From: Ruminococcus sp. CAG:254
Lineage (GTDB): Bacteria > Bacillota > Clostridia > Oscillospirales > Ruminococcaceae
Direction of reading: 5' to 3'
DNA length: 64,000 bases
Assembly: GCA_000433635.1 (NCBI GenBank)
Contig: HF997977.1
Location: 129,882-193,881, forward strand
Shown: piece after piece, positions 28,985-37,294 of the stretch
Layout: each line of letters begins with the position of its first letter
Position numbering within the stretch: the stretch's first letter is position 1
The notes under the pieces: model-generated
Told to the model about the DNA's origin: nothing
Seen by the model: the letters and a program-made list of their open reading frames with translations, nothing else
Database searches by the model: none
Program-made: the position numbers and the translations under genes

Positions 28985-30826
28985 TTAAACCTCCATGGTT
29001 GCCGGTTCTTTTTCCGGCAGTTCCAAATACTGTTTCCAGAAAGAAAGCTGCATCAATTTCTTTCCGTTTTCTGCATAGTCCCGAACAGCCGCATCATACA
29101 GCTTATCCAGCTGATGATACAATGCCTTTAAGCGGCGGAAGCACTGCTTTGCAGCTTCCGGATCTCGCTCGGTCACAAATCCCTTTCGGCTGGTATAGTC
29201 ATAGTTGAGAATGGTCTGTGTCCGATAGACAGCACTTTGCTGAACGCCATCTGTCGGAACGATGTTAAATTGCCGCTTGACGGGCAGCCGCAGCCCGTTC
29301 ATAGTCAGTTTGTTGATGACACGTTGATGAAATTTTGTTGCCGGAACGGCTTTGCAGGCAGCTTCATAAATCGGGAAAGAGAATTGCACATCTTCTTTCA
29401 AATCTTCTGTATACTGCAATTTATAGCCCAGTTGCATAATTTCCTTGTGCAGGGCTTCGCCGTCCTGTTCCATCAGCCAGTTGACCCCACGCAGGAAGTC
29501 TTCCACACCCTGCATGAGCAGATTTGCATTTTTATAGCGATAGAGCCGCATTTCGTTATAGACTTGTTGTTGCAGGAGGTGGCGGAATGCTTTTTTCGAA
29601 AGGCTCATGTCGTGCAGAGCATTGTCAATCAGACGATTTCTGAGGATATAATAGTACAGGAACGAAGAATACTTGTTTTCAAATGGCTCGTGCCATACAC
29701 AAATTCCGTTCATCAGAACCAGATTTTTCATATTCCGCAAGCCATATTCCACATCATCGCCACGGATGAAAATCGGCATCGGCAAATTCTGGTCGGTTAC
29801 AACCTCGGATGGGAAAACGCAGTACCACCAAGCATTGAACTGTGTTTTTTCTTCCAGTTCGTTGTACAGGCAGGCATCCAGTTCCCGCAGATCCAAACCA
29901 TGCTTCAGGGAAATCAATTCGCCACCGTTCCAGACTGCACCGGCTTCCGTCTGAATGCACTGGGTATCCAGCCGCAGCATCGCACCGCCGATGAACAAAT
30001 CCTGATAGTGTGCCTTGCGGCAGGAGAGAAATGTACAAGTACGGAACAGGGATTCCGGTTCAATGGTGACATCATCATCCATGACCAGAATGTGCGTAAT
30101 GTGACGCTGCTGCTTCACCCGATTGATTTCAATCATTCCACGGGTAAATCCGCCAGCACCGCCGACATTTTTATTTTGTACAATGTGGATATTTTCACTG
30201 CTCAATGCTGGAATATCCAAGGTGTGGGCATTATCAGAAACGAAAACTTCCAGTTTGCCCTGTAAGAAAGAATCGGGGTTTTCCAGAAACCGTTCATTCA
30301 GCAGCTTTAGATTTTTTTCAATAAACCGTTCCCGTTTATACGTGCAAATGTCAATGGCAATTTTCACCGGCTGAATGTCTTTTTCTGCAATGTCGCCGGA
30401 ATAAAAACCGCCGTAGAAACCGGACTGTTCAGAAATGCCGGTGATGTTGAAGCAATAGATACCGTTGGTAGAAACGCTGTGGAATGGAAATGTAAATTCC
30501 TTGATTTCGCCGTAATTGGCTTTGCAGATATATTCACCAAGGAAATCGGTTAAGATTTTTTCGCCTTTCTTTTCTTTCCGCATCAGTGTTAAACGAACAT
30601 GTCCTTCAATTCGGATGGTCAGAAATACGGTTTTTACATTCGTATATTTTGCCCATTTTTCAATGGTAAAGCCGTTAAAATACGTATCAAAAAAGAGAAT
30701 ACCGTCTTTCTGAATTTCAACGCCATCGCTTGACCAGTTGTAAAAGACTTTGTCTCCTCTCCGAAAATACATCAGTTCTTCGGTACAGGTATCGGTAGAA
30801 GGGAATAAGATGTTTTGTAACTTCAT
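28985..30826 (-). CDS. GlfT2-like GT2 galactofuranosyltransferase (N-terminal beta-sandwich, GT-A core, C-terminal helical domain)
   Basis: 613 aa. NVGGAGGFTRG and DXD (MDDD) motifs. Paralogous to 32545..34455. Confidence 0.75.
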   Translation of the reverse strand: MKLQNILFPSTDTCTEELMYFRRGDKVFYNWSSDGVEIQKDGILFFDTYFNGFTIEKWAKYTNVKTVFLTIRIEGHVRLTLMRKEKKGEKILTDFLGEYICKANYGEIKEFTFPFHSVSTNGIYCFNITGISEQSGFYGGFYSGDIAEKDIQPVKIAIDICTYKRERFIEKNLKLLNERFLENPDSFLQGKLEVFVSDNAHTLDIPALSSENIHIVQNKNVGGAGGFTRGMIEINRVKQQRHITHILVMDDDVTIEPESLFRTCTFLSCRKAHYQDLFIGGAMLRLDTQCIQTEAGAVWNGGELISLKHGLDLRELDACLYNELEEKTQFNAWWYCVFPSEVVTDQNLPMPIFIRGDDVEYGLRNMKNLVLMNGICVWHEPFENKYSSFLYYYILRNRLIDNALHDMSLSKKAFRHLLQQQVYNEMRLYRYKNANLLMQGVEDFLRGVNWLMEQDGEALHKEIMQLGYKLQYTEDLKEDVQFSFPIYEAACKAVPATKFHQRVINKLTMNGLRLPVKRQFNIVPTDGVQQSAVYRTQTILNYDYTSRKGFVTERDPEAAKQCFRRLKALYHQLDKLYDAAVRDYAENGKKLMQLSFWKQYLELPEKEPATMEV

Positions 30827-30985
30827 AAAAATCCTCCGCTAGTATTCCAACTCGTTTTTTGCAGGAATACAGAAAAAAATCCGAAGCATTGTTTTATCAT
30901 CATTTGCGAGCAAATACACATTTTTTTTAAAACAATGTCGACTCGGTCGTGCATATTGGGTGCAAAACAATTTCATTTTCTTGTG

Positions 30986-31014
30986 ACCCCATCCTATTAT
31001 AGCGAAAAATAGGC
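30986..31014 (-). promoter_or_regulatory. perfect consensus sigma-A promoter TTGACA-17-TATAAT driving the minus arm of the polysaccharide locus
   Basis: Minus-strand TTGACA 31014..31009 and TATAAT 30991..30986. Leaves an approximately 155-nt leader to ATG 30826. Confidence 0.6.
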
Positions 31015-31199
31015 ATTCTGTCAATCGAATTTCTAAAATATCTTTTTCGGGCTTCGAAATCGTTGGACATGATTTTTTAAAAAATGAGAAAAACGGCAGA
31101 TAGAAGCGGAGAATTGGAGAATCTGCTGCTTGTATTCTGACTTTTCCGATTCCATTTCTTTCTTTTTTTAGACGGATTACAGTTCTTCTGAAAAAAGGC

Positions 31200-31228
31200 T
31201 TGCAATTTAGCGGTTCGTATGATATAAT
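31200..31228 (+). promoter_or_regulatory. sigma-A promoter TTGCAA-17-TATAAT driving the plus arm of the polysaccharide locus
   Basis: TTGCAA 31200-31205 and TATAAT 31223-31228. Leaves an approximately 140-nt leader to ATG 31372. Confidence 0.55.
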
Positions 31229-31371
31229 AAATTTGTTTACATTTGTACTTGTTTTTTGTTGGAAAAGCAGGCGGTGCGAATGAAAATTTCGTGCGGATGA
31301 ATTTTTTGCAAAGAACAAAATTTATTTTAGGAACGTACATATTTTTGTACGACAAGGAGAAAAGGATCATT

Positions 31372-32529
31372 ATGAAAAAGAACAGCATGGCGTATGATAC
31401 GGCAGTTTATAGTCTATGGTTCGGTTTGAATTATGGCAGCATTCTGACCGCCTGTGCATTGTACAAAACGCTGGAACAGTACGGAAAACACCCGGCATTG
31501 CTGCAAAAGCAGCCAGCTCTCTGGGGAGAACATTATGCGGAAAAGGATAACATTGCCGGATGCTTCGCTTATCAGAACTGCGATGTTCTGGAGGTTTTTG
31601 ACAGCGAAGAAGACGCACGGATTTTAAGAGAGGATGTGCAGAATCACGTTGTTGGATCGGATGTTGTTTGGAATTATAATGTGGTAGGCAAGCAATCCGG
31701 TCTGTATTATTTTTTGGAAAATGTACCGGCTGACAAGCGGAAGATTGCATATGCATCTTGTTTCGGCGGAGCATTTCACGCAGAAGGGGAAACCAGAAAT
31801 GATTGCGGCAGATTGCTGCATCAATTCAATGGGATTGCGGTTAAAGAATACGAAGAAGCAGAAGTGTTGCAGGATTTATTCCACATCACACCGGAAATGG
31901 TGTTAGACCCCGTATTTCTGTGTGACAAGCAGTTCTATATTGACTGTGCAGAACGTTCCGCAGCGAAAGCAGTTGAAACAGATCAGAGCTTTATCTTCAC
32001 TTATATTGAATGTTGCGATGACCGGAAGCGGCAGTTCCTGCTGAAGGGCAATGATATTCTGTTGGTCAATCATTACAGCCAGCTGCGGAATTTTATTGAC
32101 ATCAATCGCTTCCCGGAATCGAAAGCACTGCTGAAACTCGACCCAGCTTATCACATTCGGGTGGAAGACTGGCTGTATTATTTGATTCACAGTGAGTTTG
32201 TCATCACAGATAATTATTATGGCATGTGCTTTGCGTTGATTTTTGAAAAGCCGTTTGTGGTACTGGCAAACATGGATCTGCCGGATTTGTACCGGTATCG
32301 TGCGATTTTGCAGCCGCTGGGCTTGGAAGAACGATTGGTCATCTTACAGGAAGACTTGAAGAAGAAAGAATATCTGTTCCGGAAGCCGATTCGATATGAT
32401 CGGGTAAACCGTGTATTACAGAAAATGAAGCAGGATTCGGAAGTTTGGCTGAAGCAGCAGCTCGGCATTGCAGTGCCGGATTCCGCTGCAACAACATCGA
32501 ATCCGCAGGAACAAGCAGTTGGAAAGTAA
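31372..32529 (+). CDS. polysaccharide pyruvyl transferase family protein (stand-alone)
   Basis: YSLWFGLNYGSILTACALYKTLEQYG, GSDVVWNY and SCFGGAF, conserved with the PvT domains of the two fusion proteins. RBS AAGGAGAAAAGG. The ORF-track start at 31243 is an over-extension. Confidence 0.8.
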   Translation: MKKNSMAYDTAVYSLWFGLNYGSILTACALYKTLEQYGKHPALLQKQPALWGEHYAEKDNIAGCFAYQNCDVLEVFDSEEDARILREDVQNHVVGSDVVWNYNVVGKQSGLYYFLENVPADKRKIAYASCFGGAFHAEGETRNDCGRLLHQFNGIAVKEYEEAEVLQDLFHITPEMVLDPVFLCDKQFYIDCAERSAAKAVETDQSFIFTYIECCDDRKRQFLLKGNDILLVNHYSQLRNFIDINRFPESKALLKLDPAYHIRVEDWLYYLIHSEFVITDNYYGMCFALIFEKPFVVLANMDLPDLYRYRAILQPLGLEERLVILQEDLKKKEYLFRKPIRYDRVNRVLQKMKQDSEVWLKQQLGIAVPDSAATTSNPQEQAVGK

Positions 32530-32544
32530 GGGGAACAAGAGTCT

Positions 32545-34455
32545 ATGAGAAACGTAAAGTTTAAAATTCAAAATCTGATTTTTCGGTATAATTTGCAGCT
32601 GGAAGAACACTGGTGGATGATGTATCGTGGTGCAAGAATGCAATATGACCCGCTGACCTCTTCGCAGTATTTGAATCCGGGCGATTTTGTAGAATTTTTC
32701 ACCTATTTCAATTCCTTCTCCCTCGGAAAGTGGAAGAAGTATACCAATGTGGGTGACATTTATCTGCATTTGCGTTGCAAGGGACATTTCAAGCTGCAAA
32801 TGTTCGGACATTATCGAGAAGGCAGAGACATCAAGAAAGAGATGTATGAGCCAGTCATTTATGATTTGAAAGAACTGACCGACATTGAAATGATGGTGCC
32901 GAAGGACAGCAAGGGGCAGGTCATCGGATTTCAGATCGATGTGCTGCCAATGACACCGGAAGAACGAAAAAAGACCGAAATTGCCGAGAAAAAGGGTGTG
33001 AAAGCACCGGATTTCCGGTTTCAGGTGGAATCTGGCAGCTGGGAAACGGTTGTTCCGGAAGAAAAAATCAATGACGTTCGGATTTCCATTGCAACCACAA
33101 CCTTTAAGAAAGAAGATTATATTACTCGGAACATTGGCATTCTGGAACGGGAACTGTTCTACAGTGACGAACCGGCAAAGAATCATATTCGTCTGCGGAT
33201 TATCGACAACGGCAGAACATTAGACCCAGATGAATTCAACAGCGAATACATTCACGTTTACCCGAATGAAAATGTTGGCGGAGCAGGCGGCTTTACAAGA
33301 GGCATTCTGGAATCCATCAGTGCAGAAGATTTCAAGGCAACCCATGTTCTGCTGATGGACGATGATGTTATGGTTTTGCCGGAAAGCTTCATTCGTACCT
33401 ATTCGCTGTTGGCATTGGTAAAGCCGCAGTATAGTGAACGCTATGTCAGCGGTGCAATGCTCTACTTTGAACAGATGAACTTGCAGCACGAAGACGTTGG
33501 CTATGTACACGATGATGGTTCTTATGGCCCAAATAAGCGGATTATGGAAATGCACCGCTGGGATTGCGTCTTTGAAAATGATGAAGATGTAGATTTCCAT
33601 GCAGATTCCTATGCTGGATGGTGGTACTGCTGCATTCCAGTCAAGAAGATTGACCGCAGCCATTTGCCTGTGCCGCTGTTCATTCGTGGCGATGACGTAG
33701 AATTTTCTGTTGCCAACCACGCAGAGTTTTTGACCTTGAACGGTATCTGCATCTGGCACAAGGGCTTTGCGAACAAGTTCAATGCCAATCTGGAATTGTA
33801 CATGGTACACCGGAATAGCTTGATTATTCAGGCAATGAGTGGCATTTGTAAGGATATTGACTTTATCAAGCGGATTCAGGGCTTCTTTGAAACAGAAATT
33901 CGCCGTCTGGCTTATAACAACTGTGATTTGTTGCTGGATGCGGTAGAGGAATTCTGTGCAGGGCCGGACTTCATGAAAACACCGCAGGGCGAACAGATCA
34001 TGAAATCTCATGCTGCAAAGAATGAAAAAATGCGTCCGGCTGCGATGGTATATTCTAAGCCAATCGACTTTGATCGTGTTTATCGAAAGGAAGAAAAGCA
34101 GCTGACACCAACACAGAAGTGGTGGTATGAAGTAACCGATAATGGACAGAAACTGCCGGATTGGTTCTTGAAAAAGGATCAGACCGCAATCATTGCCTAT
34201 GACTGGTTCGATGATCCGACTAAGGAATATTTTGCAGAACAGATTCTGGCAGTCAGCCCGTTTGACCACACTGCTTACCTGAGAAAACGGGATAAGCAGC
34301 GGTATCAGCAGCTGAAACAGCGGTATCAGAGAGTGATGCGGTATTATAAGCAGAACCGGAAACAGATTGAACAGATGTATCAGCAGGCAGCTGGCACATT
34401 ACAGTCCGAATCGTTCTGGAGAGAATACCTGCATATGCCGGAGGCAAAGAAATAA
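32545..34455 (+). CDS. GlfT2-like GT2 galactofuranosyltransferase (second paralog)
   Basis: 636 aa. NVGGAGGFTRG, LLMDDDV and IRGDDVEF motifs. Same three-part architecture as 28985..30826. Confidence 0.75.
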   Translation: MRNVKFKIQNLIFRYNLQLEEHWWMMYRGARMQYDPLTSSQYLNPGDFVEFFTYFNSFSLGKWKKYTNVGDIYLHLRCKGHFKLQMFGHYREGRDIKKEMYEPVIYDLKELTDIEMMVPKDSKGQVIGFQIDVLPMTPEERKKTEIAEKKGVKAPDFRFQVESGSWETVVPEEKINDVRISIATTTFKKEDYITRNIGILERELFYSDEPAKNHIRLRIIDNGRTLDPDEFNSEYIHVYPNENVGGAGGFTRGILESISAEDFKATHVLLMDDDVMVLPESFIRTYSLLALVKPQYSERYVSGAMLYFEQMNLQHEDVGYVHDDGSYGPNKRIMEMHRWDCVFENDEDVDFHADSYAGWWYCCIPVKKIDRSHLPVPLFIRGDDVEFSVANHAEFLTLNGICIWHKGFANKFNANLELYMVHRNSLIIQAMSGICKDIDFIKRIQGFFETEIRRLAYNNCDLLLDAVEEFCAGPDFMKTPQGEQIMKSHAAKNEKMRPAAMVYSKPIDFDRVYRKEEKQLTPTQKWWYEVTDNGQKLPDWFLKKDQTAIIAYDWFDDPTKEYFAEQILAVSPFDHTAYLRKRDKQRYQQLKQRYQRVMRYYKQNRKQIEQMYQQAAGTLQSESFWREYLHMPEAKK

Positions 34456-34475
34456 TTAGATTGGAGGATACAGGA

Positions 34476-37223
34476 TTGTCGAAGAAATACGATGTCGGAA
34501 TTTTAGGCGTATGGATCGGCTGCAACTATGGAAGTATTGCAACTTACTATGCGTTGCATCAAGTCATTGCCTCTATGGGAAAGTCGATTCTGATGATTGA
34601 CAAGCCAATTTTATCAGAAAATGATGTAGAACGAAAAGAAACACATGCAAGAAGATTCGGAAGAGAACATTATCATATCAGCAAGCAGTATTGCTTGGAA
34701 GATTTGAAAGAACTGAATGAACTCTGTGACGGGTTTGTCATTGGCTCTGATCAGGTTTGGAACTATGGAATTAGTCGGGACTTTGGAAAGATGTTCTATC
34801 TGGATTTTGCAGAGGAACAGAAGAAAAAAATCGCCTATGCCGTTTCCTTTGGTCACGATGTAGACTTTGCACCAGCAGAAGAACGGGTGAAAATTGCCGA
34901 TTACATGAGCCGATTCGATGGCATTTCTGTTCGGGAAGCAGATGGCGTGCGACTTTGCCGGGATGATTATGGCATCTTGGCAAAGCAGGTTTTAGACCCA
35001 GTATTTGTAGCTGACCCTTCTATTTATCAGGGACTGATTGAAAAATCTTCTCATCGGGAAGAAGAACCATTTCTGGCATCCTATATCTTAGACCCAACGC
35101 CAGAGAAACGGGAAGCGTTGCTGCATCTTTCAAAGGAACTTGGCGGCATTAAAATCATCAATATGCTGGATGGATTGCCGTGGCTCTTTGAAAAGAATCG
35201 CAAGCTGATGAATTTGCCGAATTGCGTTGAAAATTTGCAGGTGGAAGATTGGCTGTACTATTTGAGTCATGCAAAGTTTGTTGTAACAGATTCCTGTCAT
35301 GGTGCAAGTTTCGCCTTAATTTTCAAGAAAAATTTTATTGCGATCGCCAACAAAAAGCGTGGATATTCTCGGTTCAAGTCACTGGCAGAACTGATGCATT
35401 TTGAATCGCATTTGGTGACAGATGTCAATCAGATTTTAACAGACAAAAAGTTGTTAGAGCCGATTGATTATGCAGCAGTAGAAGCAACCATACTTTCTGA
35501 GCGAAGCCGCTGTTACGCTTGGTTACAGGAAATCTTAAATCAACCGAAAAAAACGACAGAAACATTAAAGTTAGAGAATATTATTGGAAGTCCCAATTCC
35601 AACTCTCCGCATGCAATTTCGGTGCTGAATCGAAAACCCATTCAGAAAAAGAGCATCTCAGCATCAGCAATTACATCAAATTTACCAGTCATAGAATGTG
35701 CAGGCTGTGGGGCATGTGTCAGTATATGTCCAGTAAAGGCGTTGGAACTGAAACCGGATGAACATGGTCTTTATCGTGCCGTATTGAACGAAAAAACCTG
35801 CATCAACTGCGGAAAATGTTTGAAGGTTTGTCCATCTTATCGGCTGCCGTCCAATGCGAACACGACCACACCGAATTGTTATGCAGTGATTGCATCAGAT
35901 GCCGAGTTGCTGAAAAAAAGCTCCAGCGGTGGGGTATTCTCCCTGTTGGCAAAGAAAGCATTTGAACAGCAGGGTGCTGTTGGCGGTGCTGCTTGGAAAG
36001 AGGATCTCTCTGTAGAACATATTTTGATTGATCAGGAATCCGATATGCCGAAGCTGCGGAAATCCAAGTACCTGCAAAGTTATCTGGGCAATATCGATGC
36101 ACAGGTGAAAAAGCGGTTGCAGCAGGGACAGTTTGTATTATTCTCTGGCTGTCCATGTCAGATTGCCGGATTACGGGCATATCTCGGAAAAGATTATGAA
36201 AACCTGATTACCATTGATTTGCTCTGCGGAAACTCCCCATCTGCTGGATTTTTCCAGAAATATCTACAGGATGCTTTTGGGGATCAGGTGGCAAGTTATG
36301 AATTCCGGAACAAAGCACAAGGCTGGAATTCCGATTGTGTAAGCATTCAGTTAAAGTCCGGCGAACAGATTATTCGTCGTGGAAAAGCAGAAGATGCTTA
36401 TCAAAGTGTTTATCATAATCATACAATGTGTCCGCCGCATTGTCAGAACTGTAAGTATCAGCAGTTGCCACGGTTTGGCGATATCACCATTGGGGACTTC
36501 TGGGGCATCTCTAAAAGAATGCCGGAATTTGATTATACAAAGGGTGTTTCTGTTGTCATTTGTAACAATGAAAAGGGACAGGCATTCTTTGACCAGATTT
36601 CCGAACAGGAATTTACGCTGAAAAAGGAAGTTCCGCTGAAGTGGATTGGCGGAAATGGATATGCATTGGAAGGAAAGCATAATTATGCTTCTCCGTATCG
36701 GGATGCATTCTTTGATAAAGTTCGTACAGAGCCATTCGCCAAAGCAGTGAAGCTGGCGTTTGACCAGCAGAATCTAGGAGCTATTCCATCTGAATTTTTG
36801 AATCCGCTGCAATTCCATTCGCAGCAGATAGGATTCCAGTATGACCTTTATACATGGGAACAGCATTTGATTCAGGGAAGATTGGTTTTGATTCCGAAAG
36901 AACAGCAGTCAAAGCCAGGAAATTACGCAAGTATGCCGCTTGCAATGCATCTGCAGGGCGGAAAGCGATATCATTTGTTCATGCGGTTCAAGATTCAGAC
37001 AGAATCACAGTGGCTGAATCTGCATATCAAGGAGGCAGGTTCTAAGCGGCTGCAAATCATTCATCGTCATAAGGTTCAGCCGAACGATGCAAAGGAATGG
37101 GTGACCATTTCCAAGGATTTTGTACCAAATAATGATATTTATTCAGAATTTATGGTTGGTGCAATGCAGATTGCAGGCGAGGGCAGATTCCTTGCGATTG
37201 ACTATATTTATATCACCGATTAA
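34476..37223 (+). CDS. fusion protein with permuted order: polysaccharide pyruvyl transferase domain, then 2x[4Fe-4S] ferredoxin + FrhB/FdhB-like flavoprotein domain, then about 170-aa C-terminal beta-rich domain
   Basis: N-terminal PvT motifs (GVWIGCNYGSIATYYAL, GSDQVWNY, DSCHGASFALIF). CAGCGACVSICP and CINCGKCLKVCP cluster motifs. FrhB-like SSSGGVFSLLAK...GCPCQIAGL. Probable TTG start at 34476, 7 nt after GGAGGA. Confidence 0.8.
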   Translation: MSKKYDVGILGVWIGCNYGSIATYYALHQVIASMGKSILMIDKPILSENDVERKETHARRFGREHYHISKQYCLEDLKELNELCDGFVIGSDQVWNYGISRDFGKMFYLDFAEEQKKKIAYAVSFGHDVDFAPAEERVKIADYMSRFDGISVREADGVRLCRDDYGILAKQVLDPVFVADPSIYQGLIEKSSHREEEPFLASYILDPTPEKREALLHLSKELGGIKIINMLDGLPWLFEKNRKLMNLPNCVENLQVEDWLYYLSHAKFVVTDSCHGASFALIFKKNFIAIANKKRGYSRFKSLAELMHFESHLVTDVNQILTDKKLLEPIDYAAVEATILSERSRCYAWLQEILNQPKKTTETLKLENIIGSPNSNSPHAISVLNRKPIQKKSISASAITSNLPVIECAGCGACVSICPVKALELKPDEHGLYRAVLNEKTCINCGKCLKVCPSYRLPSNANTTTPNCYAVIASDAELLKKSSSGGVFSLLAKKAFEQQGAVGGAAWKEDLSVEHILIDQESDMPKLRKSKYLQSYLGNIDAQVKKRLQQGQFVLFSGCPCQIAGLRAYLGKDYENLITIDLLCGNSPSAGFFQKYLQDAFGDQVASYEFRNKAQGWNSDCVSIQLKSGEQIIRRGKAEDAYQSVYHNHTMCPPHCQNCKYQQLPRFGDITIGDFWGISKRMPEFDYTKGVSVVICNNEKGQAFFDQISEQEFTLKKEVPLKWIGGNGYALEGKHNYASPYRDAFFDKVRTEPFAKAVKLAFDQQNLGAIPSEFLNPLQFHSQQIGFQYDLYTWEQHLIQGRLVLIPKEQQSKPGNYASMPLAMHLQGGKRYHLFMRFKIQTESQWLNLHIKEAGSKRLQIIHRHKVQPNDAKEWVTISKDFVPNNDIYSEFMVGAMQIAGEGRFLAIDYIYITD

Positions 37224-37249
37224 GCGAGAAAATCACATAAAATAAGAAC

Positions 37250-37290
37250 CAGCCAGCACCTTGCGGAAAATGCAGGGGGCTGGCTGGTTT
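37250..37290. terminator. bidirectional terminator (plus arm / dockerin gene)
   Basis: ccagccagc...gctggctgg followed by tttgttttta. Confidence 0.65.
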
Positions 37291-37294
37291 GTTT

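Noticed and set aside
29237-30265. 342-aa plus-strand ORF
   Set aside because: Antisense to the GT2 gene 28985..30826. No RBS and no motifs.
30839-31388. Minus-strand ORFs of 159 and 103 aa in the divergent intergenic region
   Set aside because: AT-rich promoter/leader region. Lys/Phe-rich low-complexity translation. They overlap mapped -35/-10 elements.
33220-34269. 349-aa minus-strand ORF
   Set aside because: Antisense to the GT2 gene 32545..34455.
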